64,000 bases of DNA from the human T2T-CHM13v2.0 reference genome, Homo sapiens. The DNA is taken from assembly GCF_009914755.1 (NCBI RefSeq), contig NC_060945.1; one strand, written 5' to 3'. Both the position numbers and the translations under genes were made by a program. The notes below the pieces were generated by a model, which saw only the letters and a program-made list of their open reading frames with translations, was not told where the DNA came from and ran no database searches. Below are positions 28,767 through 44,010 of the stretch, one piece after another (the first letter of the stretch is position 1; every line of letters starts with the position of its first letter).

Positions 28767-30554
28767 ATTCCATCTATTCTTGTAAGGATTGTAAGCCTTG
28801 CCAGTCATGGCTTGGATGCCACTTTTAGAGACTAGTTTCCATCTTCACTGGGGCTGTCTCATGAGTTACTACAATCCTTGTCAGTCTTTCATGCTTGAGT
28901 GACAGTGAGTGTCAGCTCACCCCTGTCCTGAAAGCTAAGACTTTCACATAGAAAGAAGGGTCCCTAGCGACTGAGGGTTTAAAGTGCCAGGAGGAAGTGG
29001 AAGGGCCCTGCAGACAATCTGTGTCCAGGGTCCAAACTTTTCTCTGTCAGCCCTGCCCCATTTGCAAGCCCCAGAGCAGCAACCTGGAAGAGCAGAGCCA
29101 TAAAGAGCGGGGCTCCTAGAAGGGAGCGAGCCTGGCTTCAGGATCAACTTTTCTGCTGGGGCAGATGGCGGCATGCAACCGAGGTCCTAGGGCACGGATG
29201 TAAGCATGTATGAGAGGTCCTCCTGGGGACCTGGAGGGGCTTCGTGAGTGTCTGGGATCTGCCCTCCTCTGAGGTCTCTTCCTGGAGGGAGAATAACACA
29301 CCTGCACTTTGTCACCCAAGGCCAGTCCGCTTCCGTCACCCTTGCCCCCAAGTCCCGCTTCCTCATGACGGAGTACCAAAAGCATGGGCCACTCGTGCCT
29401 TCAGCAATTGTTTATGTGCCAGGCACTGTCTGGGCAGCAGGATGTCGCTGCGAGCCCTCTCCCAACACCTGCCGCGCATGTACTGTGCCCGCGACTTCGC
29501 CGCGGCTCAGTGGGTGGGTCCAGTCCTTCCAGCCCTCGCCATCCTCCCCACCACAGATTCTGCCTCCTGGCACCTTTGCCTTGCCCAGCAGGCTGTGAGG
29601 CTTCGCATAGACGCTGCCACCCACCCGCATCCTCCTAATGTGACTGTAGATTGCCTCAAGCAAAGCTTTAAGAGCACACATCCACATTCGTTCTTGGACC
29701 TAATCTTTGCTCAATTGGTCTGGATTTGGGATATGAACTCTTTGGTTTTGAACACCCTGGGACCACAAGCCAGTTGTAAATGCTCATGACAGCCAGAAAG
29801 GCCTGGAACAGGAGGAACATAAAAAACAAGAAGGAGAGCAGAGGGTGGGCTGTCCCAGAGGAAGAGAAGTGACAGGAGGCTGGCACCTCCTCCAGACGAG
29901 GGCTGGACAGGGTGCTGCACAGATTGTCCAGGTATGGAGCAGAACCAAAACCTAACAAAGGCCAGGAGGGACCAGAGCCGTTTGGGAAAAGTGGAAGCAG
30001 TTTGGCGTCGCTGGTATTTTCTGGGTGTCTCGAGATGAGATGCAAGCTGATATTATATTAGACGCATTTGAATTGTAGCTTAGAGTGTCAGACTATTTTA
30101 CAATGCTTTAAAATTCTAGCTTTGTTTCACAACGTTCCTATAAAGCAGACAGGGAGCACTGTTTTCATTTTATGGACTGAGCCAAGCACACGGCCGACTC
30201 GCTCCCGGTCAGGTAGAGTTAGAGAATGAGCAGAGATGCAAACTCTGCAGCTGCTGCTTCCCAGTGTTGGCAAAGTCCACAGGATGGGTCCTTCCAGGCT
30301 GGGGCCTTGGGCTTGTCACCGCCTCCTTTCCAGACCCCACCCTCGGGCCCCCTAGGATGCAAGGGGGAATGAGCAGAGGGGCCCAAGGAAATGGGGGACC
30401 CAGCTAAACAAGAGGAGCTGACAGAGCTGCTGGGAGTGGGAAAGGAAAAATCTCAGCCTTTGCCCAGGAAGCATCCGAGGCACCCAGACTGCAGGACATC
30501 TTCCAGTCACTCTCAATGGCCACCCACCCCTCAGGTGCACCCCCTGCCACTCAT

Positions 30555-31590
<1,036 letters not shown>

Positions 31591-31607
31591 CTTGGAAGAG
31601 TAACTTA

Positions 31608-31960
<353 letters not shown>

Positions 31961-31989
31961 AATAACCACGCTGTTCACCTCACAGTCTT

Positions 31990-32965
31990 TAAAAATTGTG
32001 GTAATAAACACACAACATAAAATGTACGATCTTAATCATTTTTAGACCCACAGTTTAATAGTGTTAACTCTATTCACATCGTTGTGCTCTCTAGAACTTT
32101 TTCATTTTGCAGAACTGAAACCACATTATACATGGACTCCTCATTCCCCCTCTCCCCGGCGCTGACACCCACCATATTCTACTTTCTGTTTCTGTGGGTT
32201 TGGCTACTTTAGACTCCTCGTAGAAGTAGAATCATAATAGTATTTGTCCTCCTGTGACTGGGTTATTTCACTTAGCATCATGCACTCAAGGTTCGTCCGT
32301 GCTGTCACATGGGACAGGATTTCCTTCTTTTTTTAAGACCGATTAACATTCTCTTGCATGTGTATGTCACATTTTGTCTATTTATTTATCAGTCCATAGA
32401 CACCTGGGTTGCTTCCACATCTTACTATTGTGAGTAATGATGTGATGAACACAGATGTGCAAATATCTCTTCAAGACCCTGATTTCAATTCTTCTGGGTC
32501 CCAGAAGTAGGATTGCTGGATCATATGGTAACTCTATTTTTAAGTTTTGAAGGAACCTCCATACTCTTTTTCACAGTAGCTGGACCATTTTACATTCGCA
32601 AGAGTGCACAAGGGTTCTAATTTCTCCACATCCTCACCAACATTCATTATTTTCTATTATCGTTGTTTTGGTAGTAGCCATCCCAATGGGTGTGAGGTAA
32701 TATCTCATTGTGGTTTTGATTTGCATTTCACTTGAGAAGCGATGTTAAGTATATTTTCATATGCTTCTTGGCCATTTGTATATGTTCTTTGAAGAAATGT
32801 CTATTCAAGTGCTTTGCTCATTTTTAAATCAGGTTATTTGGGGCTTTTTGTTGTGGCTGAGTTGTAGCAATTCTTTATATATTCTGTATATTACCCACTT
32901 GTTGCATATGTGATTTGCAAATATTTTCTCCCATTGCATAGGTTACCTTTTCATTCTGTTGATTT
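31990..32965 (-). mobile_element. L1MB-type 3' end
   Basis: Antisense L1 3'UTR/ORF2: CTAGAACTTTTTCATTTTGCAGAACTGAAAC..GATTGCTGGATCATATGGTA..TTTGCAAATATTTTCTCCCATT. Confidence 0.85.
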
Positions 32966-33071
32966 TACCTCATAAGATTTTTTAAATGGCTGTATTGAGG
33001 TATTGTCAGCTTACAATAAACTGTGCACATTAGAAGCACACAGTTTTGTAAGTTTTGACACAGGCATGTTT

Positions 33072-33862
33072 TGATATAAAGGTTCTTTTGATGGCAGGAT
33101 GCAACCCAGTGCAACTCAGATAGATGAAAGCAGCAGTCTTTGCTACTTCCAAATGAGAGAAAGCTGTTAGGCAGGGCCACATAGAGAGTTGCCTGGGGAC
33201 AGGGTAACAGCAAGCTGGAGCTGTGGGGGCAGTTTCTGTATTACCAGCAAGGTGGGAGTAGATGGTGTTGAAAGAAAACCTTCAGACAAATTAAACTTAG
33301 CAGAGTTATATAAGCAAAGAACAATTCATGAATTGGGCAGCACTCAGATCCAGAAGGGGTTCAGGGAACTCTGCCCAGCAGTGTGAGCAGCAAGATTCTA
33401 CAGGCTGAGCTTTTATAGGCTGAACATGGAAGCAAAGTAGGGAAATCACCTGATTGGCTACAGCTAGGCATCTGCCTTATGTGGGCATGGTGTCAGGAGT
33501 TGGCTGCCTATGATTGGCTGAGCCTCAGCTGTGGTACTCCTAAGTTAGGTTTCAATTTGTTTACATAGTAAGTTAGGTTGCAATACATTATGCAAGAACT
33601 GTAAGTACAGAAACAGCTTCAGGTAGTGGTCTCCTACTTATTTAATTTCACACTAGGTTTTGGGTATTCCTTGTGGATTGGCTAATTTGAACAGTTCTGC
33701 AGACTCTAAGGCACAGGGGCTCTCCCTAGTTGTCTGGTACCTGGCTCTGGGGTGATTAGGACAGGTATATAGCAGCCCCTGAATGTGATTGTGTAATCAG
33801 CTGCTTACGAAGGGGAACTGACTGGCCTCTGGCCAGGGCCTCAAAACTGGGGCAAGACAGCA
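33072..33862 (-). mobile_element. ERVL solo LTR (MER74/MER54-like) with a nested ERV1 LTR
   Basis: TG...CA ends; GATTGGCTAATTTGAA..CCCTAGTTGTCTGGTACCTGGC..GGGGTGATTAGG. Confidence 0.55.
33266..33652 (-). mobile_element. MER93-like ERV1 solo LTR
   Basis: TGTTGAAAGAAAACCTTCAGACAAATTAAAC..CTCCTAAGTTAGGTTTCAATTTGTTTAC..TTATTTAATTTCACA. Confidence 0.65.
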
Positions 33863-34277
33863 CTTTTACAAATATAAACATATATGTTATATGAAATATA
33901 TATCAATGTATTCATGTGTAAAACTCTCACTATAGTCAAGATAACGAGCATATCCACACCCCCAGAAGTTCCTTGTGCCCCTTTGCCATGGCCCCCTGTC
34001 TGCTCACACCTTCTCATCCCTCATCCACTTCCTGTCACTGCAGGTGAGTTTGCATTCCCTATCATCTTGTACAAATGAAACCAGACAGTAGGTGCTCTCT
34101 TTCTGCCTGGCTCCTTTCACTCACCATAATGACTTTGAGACTTGTGCATGTCATCTCCTGCATCAGGCATTCTTTTTTTTTTTTTCATTTCTGAGTAGAT
34201 TTCACTGAATGGAGATACCACATTTTTTTATCCACTTGTTTAAGAACATTGTAGTTTGCCTACAAGAGTTTGCATGA

Positions 34278-34608
<331 letters not shown>

Positions 34609-34852
34609 TCATTTCTCTTGGATAGATACCCGGGAGTGGCATGGCTGGATCATATGGTTAGTGTATGTTTATTTTTATATGGTACAGACTCTAGATATGA
34701 AGTATGTTTTCATTTTAAAGTTATTATACAGCAACATCGAATTTGGAGGGTGAATATTAACAGCTATATAGATTCATGTAACTGCCACCCCATTCAGGAT
34801 ATAGAACATTCCTATCACTCCAAAACTCCCTCATTCTACCCCCTGATAGTCA

Positions 34853-35179
<327 letters not shown>

Positions 35180-36114
35180 TCACTAATCCTCTGATATTAA
35201 ACCTGGTTGTTGAGTGCACCAATAGTTTGTTCCTTTTTATTGCTGGGTAGTATTTCACGGTATGAATGGACCACAGATTGTTTATCTATCACCTGTTGGA
35301 GGACATTTGGGTTGGTTCCAGTTTTTAGCAATTGTGAATAGGGCTGCTATAATAAACTTTCATTTCAGGCTTTTGTGTGAACAGAAGTTTTTAGGTTTAT
35401 GAAGTAAATTTCAGGAGTGAGGTTGCTGGATCATATAGGATGTGTGTTTAACTTTTTTTTAATAGACTTTATTTTTTGGAACAGATTTAGGTTGACAGCA
35501 AAATTGAGCAGAAAGTACACAGATTTCCTATATGGTCCCTCCCCCTCTCCTCCCCGACATGCACGGCCTCCCCACTATCGATGTTCTGTGGCAGAGCACA
35601 CATTGTTACCATCTATGGCCTACATTTATACGTCATAATCATCCAAAGTCCATAGTTTAGGGTTCACACTTGCTATTTGTATTTTATGAGTTTTGACAAA
35701 TGGATCATGACATGTCCACCCTGATACCTTTATACAGAATTGTTTCACTGCCCTAAAACTCCTCTGTGCTTCACTGATTCATCCCTCCCTCCCCACTAAC
35801 TCTTGGCAACCACTGAGATTTTTACTGTCTCTGTAGTTTTGCCTTTCCCAGAACATCATGTAGTTGGAATCATACAGTATACAGCCTTTCAGACTGCCTT
35901 CTTTCACTGAGTAATAGGCATTTAAGTTTCTTCCGTGTCTTTTTATGGCTTGATAGCTCATTTCTTTTTAGTGGTGAATAATATTTCATTGTATGGATGT
36001 ACCACAGTTTATTTATTCATTTACCACTGAAGGGCATCCTAATTGCTTTCAAGTTTTCGTAATTAGGAATGAAGCTGCTATAAATGTCTGCATGCAGGGT
36101 TTTGTGTGATCATA

Positions 36115-36402
<288 letters not shown>

Positions 36403-36769
36403 TGATCATAAATTTTTAGCTCATGCAGGTAAATACCATGATTGTTGGATTGTATGGTAAGAGTATGTTTAGTTTTACAAGAAATTGCCAATTTTTTTTT
36501 CCAAATTGGTTGTAGCATTTTGCATCCCACCAGCAATTGATGAGAGTCCTCACCAGTGTTTGCTGGTGTTGGCGTTTCAAATTTTGGGTACTTGAATACT
36601 TTTGTAATAATATCTCATTTTGTCATAATGTTTGACTTTTTAAGGAACTGTGAAACTGTCTTCCAGAGTGGCTGTACCATAAGCAATGCCTGAGAGCTGC
36701 AGTGGCTCCACATCCTTGCCAACATTTTGTGTGGCTACTCTTTTTAAATTTTAGTAACAAAGTTTCTGT

Positions 36770-37311
36770 CCATTTGACCCAGCAATCCCATTACTGGGTA
36801 TATACTCAAAAGAATATAAATCATTCTACCATAAACATACATGCACATGTATATCCATTGCAACACTATTCACAATAGCAAAGACATGGAATCAACCTAA
36901 ATGTCCATCAATGATAGAGTGGATAAAGAAACTGTGGTACATATGCACCAGGCAATACTATGCAGCCATAAAAAAAGAGCAAGATTGTATCCTTTGCAGG
37001 AACATGGATGGAGGCCATTATCCTTAACCAATTAATGCAGGAACAGAAGGCCAAATGCTTCCCATTCTCACTTATAAGTGGGAGTTAAATGATGAAAACA
37101 TGGGGACACATACAGGGGAATAACAGACATTGGGACCTACCTGAGGGTGGAGGGTGGGAGAAGGTTAGATTAGAAAGAATAGCTATTGAGTACTAAGCTT
37201 TTGTACCTGGGTGACTAAATAATCTGTACAATAAACCCTGTGCCATGAGTTACCTATATAAAAAACCTGCACATGTACCTCTGAACCTAAAATTAAAGTT
37301 AAAAAAAAAAA
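36770..37311 (+). mobile_element. L1PA (older) 5'-truncated 3' end with poly(A)
   Basis: CATTTGACCCAGCAATCCCATTACTGGG..ACCTGCACATGTACCTCTGAACCTAAAA followed by poly(A). Confidence 0.9.
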
Positions 37312-37314
37312 GAA

Positions 37315-37832
37315 ACACAGGTTCTTATCAGCTTTTTAATGCTTACATAATAAATAGAGCACAGGCATGTTTCACTGAGTCCTCTGCTTGGGTCTCAGCC
37401 AAGCTCTAATCCAGGTGTCTGGCTGGCTAAGTTTGCATTGAGCTTTAACCAGAGAAAAGATCCACTTCCAAGCTCACTCATCTTATGGGCAAGATTCAGT
37501 TCTTTGCAGTTGTTGGACTGAAGGCTTCAATTTCCTGTTGTTCAGAGACCACCTCAGCTCCTAGAGGTGCCCTTAGTTCCTGCCACGTGGGTTATCCAAC
37601 ATGACCACGTGCCTTCTCAAAACCAGCAAAGCAGAGAGAGAGAGAGTCCAACAAAACTGATGTTAAATTTTACATTATTGTAATCATGGACATCTGGCCA
37701 CCTTTGCGGTAGTCAGTTGGTTAGATGCATGTCACAGATCCTTCCCACACTCATGGGGAAGGAATTGAACAAGGTCATGAACTCCAGGATGGGGGCGGCT
37801 TACTGAGGCCATTTGAAGAGTCTGTCCACCAC
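37315..37832 (-). mobile_element. MaLR LTR (MLT1E/F-like)
   Basis: ATCCACTTCCAAGCTCACTCA..TTCAGTTCTTTGCAGTTG..GAGTCTGTCCACCACA. Confidence 0.7.
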
Positions 37833-39289
37833 AAATATAAAGCTGGGAAAGGCTATAATATACCAGCGAAACCAAAACAAATAAATAGAATTTTAACATG
37901 TAAAGGACAAAGAAATTATTCTGGGAATAGAGGAAATTGTCAAAAAATTATTATGAATTTGTACATTCTTAAAACCAAAACAGCATGATGTAAAAGAAAA
38001 GCAATCAAAAATAAGAAAGCACATATGAAAAATGTTAATCCAATAGTTGAACTATTTTAATAATCAATCATAAATAAAGACAGGAAAACTTCCAAGACAG
38101 TAGAGACTCATCATGTTTCTAATTTTTTTCATCAACATATTCAATAAAAAATAAATAGAGTGTATGCAGGACTTCAAAGTTATGATGGTAAATTCTACAA
38201 GAAATGAGGAGTGATTAATTATCTTTGAGGAATTGGGTGGGAGTGAGAGAAGGATAAGCTGTTTTATGATATCTTTTAATAGTAGATACAGTTCTTAAAT
38301 ATATGATTATATTGCTTTAACTTTAAAAAAAAATAGACAATGACAGTGCCAGGACTTTAACTTCAAGAATGAAAAACAAATCTAAGAGAACCATAGAATG
38401 GCATTACCTTGACAAATATAACCTGTTCTATATTTTGGCTCCCTGTCCTATGGATTCAGATCCCTGGCTTTTCAATGAATGCATCTGTAGTAGTAGACTC
38501 ACATTAATCAATGTAACAGAGACTGATGTATAAACCGTAACACTAACTTACAATTTATAGTGAAGTACACAATCACCAGAGACCATTTTTCTTCATAGAG
38601 AGCCTAGGAATCCAAACTATAATCAGAGAATTGCAATGGTAGATCTGGGCTCACAACAAGGGAGTCAGCTGGATAAATGGGATATATGGAATCTTTTGAT
38701 GGAAGAGTCTTGTTTAGGGTATGGGAATATTTATCGTCCTTGCCCCTAGACTAAGTTTCTATAGGCCCAGCCAATCTTTGTCTCTGTGACCCTCCTTTTA
38801 CTCTGCTTACTTGGCTGATAAAATTGGCCCTTCATTTACACACCTAATTGATTAAGACATGACATCATTCAGGTCGTTGTCAAGTTAAGCTTTCCTGGGC
38901 ACTACTCTGTGTCATTAAGAAAGGTTTGCACATCTTTGCCCTGATCAGCTACTTCTGTATTGTAAGGTTTAACTCTCAGGGAACAATCGTAGTTTGACTA
39001 TTTTCAAGTGGTTAAGAAATCATTCCACTATTTTCCCAAAGTACCAAAATAGATATTAATAGAATATTGGCTAAGATAACCCTGTTTCCAATATTAATTG
39101 ATTAGTCTATTTTAAAATAACTCTGTTTAGAACTACTTTAAGTTATCTTTAATTAAAAACAGAGGCTTTTACTCTCTACTTATTTGATAGTGATTAATGA
39201 GCACTTTAAAAGTGCTTCATCTTCCTAAGAATTAAGCTCAGAAAAAACTCTAAACTCCCCATAAAATAAAGAGAAGAAATAAATTATTT

Positions 39290-40370
39290 TCTCAGCTGCT
39301 ATCTCCTCAAATATTGCTTCTGTCCATTTTCTTTCTTCTCTCATCCTGAAACTCTGGTCCTTTCGCCATGTATTTCAAGTCTAATATTCTCTCTTGTCTT
39401 TCTCATCTTTAGTCTCTGCTTGCTTAAATCTGGCTATTTTCTTGTGGTCTATCTTCCAGTTTAATAATTCTCTCTTCAGCTGTTTCCATTCTGTTGTAAA
39501 ACATGCTCCTTGCATTTTTAATTTGTTATTGTATTTTTCAGTTCTAGAATTTCTTTTTTTCCCCCAAAGCTGCTCTAACTTCCACAGATGAATATGTTTG
39601 GTATTCTATTAATATTTTAAATCTTGTTTTTCATATCCTTGAACACCATAAACACAATTATTTTGGAGACTGTGTCTGATAATTATTTTATTTAGGGTGC
39701 TTGTGTGCCAGATCTTTCTGCTAGTTCTAAGTTAGGTTGTCACGTCTCCTGTGCTTCTGGCAATCTTTGATAAAATGCCAAACAAGTATTTAAGAGATTG
39801 CTTAGAAACAATTTGAGACTTGATAGGATGTTGCTTTCTCCAGAGATTATTTTCTTTTATTTCAGCCAGGTGCCTGGAGATACCATCAATCTGGGATTAC
39901 CTTAATACAATTTCAGTGGTGATATTTTTTAGGGCCACTCAGGTGTCTTGAAGCTGAGACAAGTATATGGGAGAACAGGTTTACCTTTAGTTCCTCCTTA
40001 CTCCTCACTCAAAAGAGTTGGGATCCCAACTCAGTTTCAGGGTTTTATGAAGGCCTTAATCTTGGCAGAACTTGGACTCCTGCACTTGACTTCCTGCCTC
40101 ATGAGGGAGCCAAAAGTGTTGCTCGGCTTCCCAGCCTCCTCTTCCTGAAAAAGCAGAAACCCCCAGACACAGCCAGCACCCGATGCCAGCTGCACTTCTC
40201 TAGATTTCTTTCTTTTCCTAGATCTTCATCCAGACAGTGTTACCACCTTGTTACAGCTCCAATTCCTTTAAACACTTTTAAAAGACATTTTATTCAGCTT
40301 TAGAGTTGTTTTCATTTGGATTATTGATCCAAATTATCTAGTCAGTCCAAATAACTAGAGGTGGAAATCA
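39290..40370 (-). mobile_element. Ancient L1M/HAL1 5' remnant
   Basis: TCAAATATTGCTTCTGTCCATTTTCT..TCTTCCAGTTTAATAATTCTCTCTTCAGCTGT..TTTTCAGTTCTAGAATTTC. Confidence 0.6.
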
Positions 40371-41079
40371 CTTAAAACTCTGATGAATAAAGATGAGTGA
40401 TGTGTCCTTTTTCCATGAATACATTTCTCCAAGCCTCAGTTTTAAAATGTTCCATACTTTAAATATTTACACTTCAGTTTACAATCTATAACCACCCACT
40501 TTAATAAACTCAAAGTCCAAAGTGTTAATTAGGACTCACACCACAGCAGTTTTTTTTTCCTTGCCATTCATTCAACATTCTTGCCCATAACCTGAACATC
40601 CTCAAACAAGAAATGGGGTTCATTCCTAACAAGAAAAACACTTAGATGGATAAACAGTTGTGTCTATTCAGATGGGACACAGCTCAGAGTTTTAAGAGAG
40701 GGTTTGTAATATGAACACACTCATGCACAGCTCTGCTGTTAGATGTGGGTTGTGTAGGATCATGAGGAGGTCTTTGGCTTTTAGCATGGCACAGTTAGTC
40801 TTTACCAGATGTGGGGAGTGGGGAAGAGAGGGCTTGAAGTGGATGTATCTGATGGTAAGAGATGGTCACAGGCCATGCCTCTCCCTAATCTCCCTCCTCT
40901 CTGCTTACAGAAAACCCATGCCTGCTCCATGAACCCAGCTTTTCTTCACCAGCCATTGGCAGCATGAATCCATGGCATGCAAAGCTAAAGGGGGTCAAAG
41001 GTTGGAACTGAGATCTGGGGTGGGGTACAATAAAAGGGCTTGGCTGCCAGAGTAAATGCTCTTCTGAAGTGGCGAACAG

Positions 41080-41089
41080 CCATATTAGG
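41080..41089. promoter_or_regulatory. Consensus CArG box (SRF site)
   Basis: CCATATTAGG, the same decamer as the c-fos SRE core; function not shown. Confidence 0.3.
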
Positions 41090-43539
41090 AGGCGGTCTGT
41101 TTCTGTGATGTCAGGAGAATAGCTTTAGCAGCTGTGATTGTGCGGTCAGACAAAGCTAGGAGAGATTCCTGTATTCAACGGCATTTCATTTTACAATCTA
41201 TAAGGTGTGGGGCCCTAAAAGGGAAAATATAAAAATGTGGGATTGCCATTCAATTCAAGGGTCTTTAGGACTCATGCTAAAGCAAAGCCCAATCTAGTGA
41301 AAGAAGCACAGAGCAGGTGGAGAGCTCAGACTTCCACAAGAAGACAGAGGAATCAATCAAGTCTCTTTCCTGAGGACTTTGGCTGACGACTTGCCCTTTG
41401 CTTAACTTTTGGGGTCCATGACATGGTGCCTCCATGAAGAGGTTTAGAAGAAGGCCAGCACAGCCAGCAGCTGGAGGAGGGACAGGGGGGATTTTGGGGA
41501 GTCTTCGAGCCAGATACTGAGAGGGAGAAAGAGAATTTGGATTTTAAGTAGTTTTTCTGTGTGCTATGGAATAGCTTGTTCTGTTTTATGAGAATGTATA
41601 AAGACATACAGAGCTTCTTCCTTTCTTCCTGTTTACTTTTAGTCATCTGCCAGTGTTTTCTGAATACCAAACCTTGTGAAGATGAGCGTTGGGAAAGGAG
41701 TAGGAAGGTCCCAATTTGGAATTTTGACATCCTAAAAGCCTTGGGTGCCGCAGAATGAGTAAGCTGGAGGGTACTGTGTAAAGACCTCGGCTACTGCAGC
41801 AGAGAAACAGATCAAAAAAGTCAAGACCGGCGAGAGGAAAGTGATTGAAAGGCCATCACTGAAAGAGGTGACAAGCTTGGATTTGGCAGGGCAGGAGGGA
41901 TGCAGAGAGGGACGGATGTGAGAGTCCACAGGAAGAAGCCTTCTGATTGAAAGGGTGCTTGGCTGTGGATGTGAGGGACAGAAAGGGGTCGAGGCTGTCA
42001 CTGAGATCCTCAGCTTCAGCAAGGGGATGCATGGTGCCTTAATTTACTGTAAGAACATGGAAGAGGCACAGGTTTAGGGGGCGATATGGAGCCCCATTGT
42101 GGAAATGCAGGGTCTGAGGAGTGCCTGGCCTTCTGCTGGCGCTGCCCAGGAGAGCACTGGAGGAGCAGACGTGGCCTCCGGGAGATGCTGAGCCAGGGCT
42201 GAGGACATGAGATGCGCAGGGAGGGCAGACACTCCCACCAGGTCAGAGGAGAGACAGGGAGGCCAGCCCTGCCAAAGCCAGGCCTCAGTTTATTTGTAGA
42301 GTGAGAGCTTGAATTTCAGGATCACAAAAGGTTTTTTCCAAGAGCCAAAAGGACTTAGTTTCTAACTGTTCTCCTCCCTCCTTTTTGTGGCTGACAATGA
42401 ACAACCTAATCCCCTTCCTTTCTGAATAATTCTCCCTGCCCAGTGACTCACCCAGGTGCAGATGAGACACAGAGCTCATGGTTGCCTCCTGTGAAGTGCA
42501 GGAAGGATGGAGCAGACAGACCCAAAAGCACTGGCCTCCCAGATGAATCAGGAGGGATGTGCAGGCTGGGTGACGTCTGCCCCGGAACCAGGAAAGTGCG
42601 GCTGCTTCCTCCACACCCCGCCCGCCGCCCAGGACCCAGGGCCCTTCTGAAAAGTGAGCATTGTGTTGTTCTTTAGACTTATTTTATATGAAAGCACATC
42701 ACGCTCTAAGAAGAGTCACCCAGGCTTTCTGTTCTCAGGTGGAGCCTCCCTACACCCTACGCACACGGCGGCTGTTCCCCACGACACAGCGGGGGGCAAA
42801 TGACCACCAGGAGCCAGGGAGTCCCAGGGAAAGGACGCAGATGGCTCGTGTCCTGGAATTTCATGGGAGCCATTTGAAATCATCAGCAAATGACGCCCGA
42901 GTCTATAAGGGACCTCAGCGCAGGGGCTGGATGAGACAGGGTGGGCAGCCACAAAACAGGGTGGTGAAGGCCCGAGGCCAGGAGGGCTGGGTTAGCACTC
43001 GGCCACCAGAGGGAAGCAAGCAAGCTCCCTCCCTCTCTCTCTTTCTCTCTGTCTATGTGTCTTTCTCTCTCCCTCTCTGTCTCTCTCCATCTCTCTCTCC
43101 ACCCACACCTCCTGAGGATTGTTGGGTTTTCCCATGGACTAGGGTTAGACAGCCAGCGAGTCTGAACGGAAGGCGCCAGGTGTGGCAGTGGGGAAGTGAG
43201 GTGGGGCCTGGAACACAAGGGCAAGGGCCTCTGGGAGGACCGCGCAGGCTCGGCACACTGAGCGGACTGACTGCAGACCCTCCTCCCACACCAGGGGGAC
43301 CACCTCTCTGTGCAAAGATGTCCTCACTTGATATTCTCAATTCTTTGAGGTCAAGGTTTTATTAACACTCCCTGAAAAGTGGGAGAGCTTAGTGATAAGA
43401 CTGTATCATTTTTGCAAGACACAAAGCAAGCACAGCTGGATGGCATGTGCCAGCTCCCTCACCATGCTGAGCACTTTTACTCACATCTCACCCCTGCAGA
43501 CAGATGCCAGTGTCCTCACTCACCCACTGGGGCAGACAT

Positions 43540-44010
43540 TATTAGTTGCCAATGCAAGACCCATTTCCTCACGTCCTAACTAATAGAACCCCAACTGTGT
43601 CCAGGCAGGTGACGTGCCCAGCTAAAAATACTCACCTTTTCAGACTCCCTTGAAGTTAGTAGCGGCCACGTGATACTTCCAACAAATAAGACATACACAG
43701 AGATCTGCTGGGGCTTCTGTGAAAACTTTTACTTCCCTGAAACGGGTACCACCTTCCTTCTCCCATTCTTTCTTCCTCCTTGAAGCACAGAAGCAATGCC
43801 TGGAGCTGCAGCGGCCATTTTGTGATTGTGAAGCAATGACCTGAGGAATGAAGGCCAACATCAAGGATGGCAAAACAGAGAGAGGAAAAGAGCAATTGTC
43901 CCCTGATGGCATGGCTGGGCCACTGCCCCAACCCTGTGAGGCCATGTGACTCCTTATTACATGAGCACAGGCTAGTCGGGGTTTGTGCTATCTGCAGGTG
44001 AATGCTTGGA
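43540..44010 (+). mobile_element. MaLR LTR (MLT1J-like)
   Basis: TAATAGAACCCCAA..GTGCCCAGCTAAAAA..GCCTGGAGCTGCAGCGGCCATTTTG..AAGGATGGCAAAACAGA. Confidence 0.7.

Noticed and set aside
28185-28828. HPSI/MDGW repeat ORFs
   Set aside because: (TGGA)n microsatellite
29244-29789. 181-aa ORF
   Set aside because: Starts at GTG, no recognisable homology, compatible with chance in GC-rich sequence
43000-43017. CTCF-like GGCCACCAGAGGGAAGC
   Set aside because: Mismatch at a highly conserved core C; too weak without ChIP data
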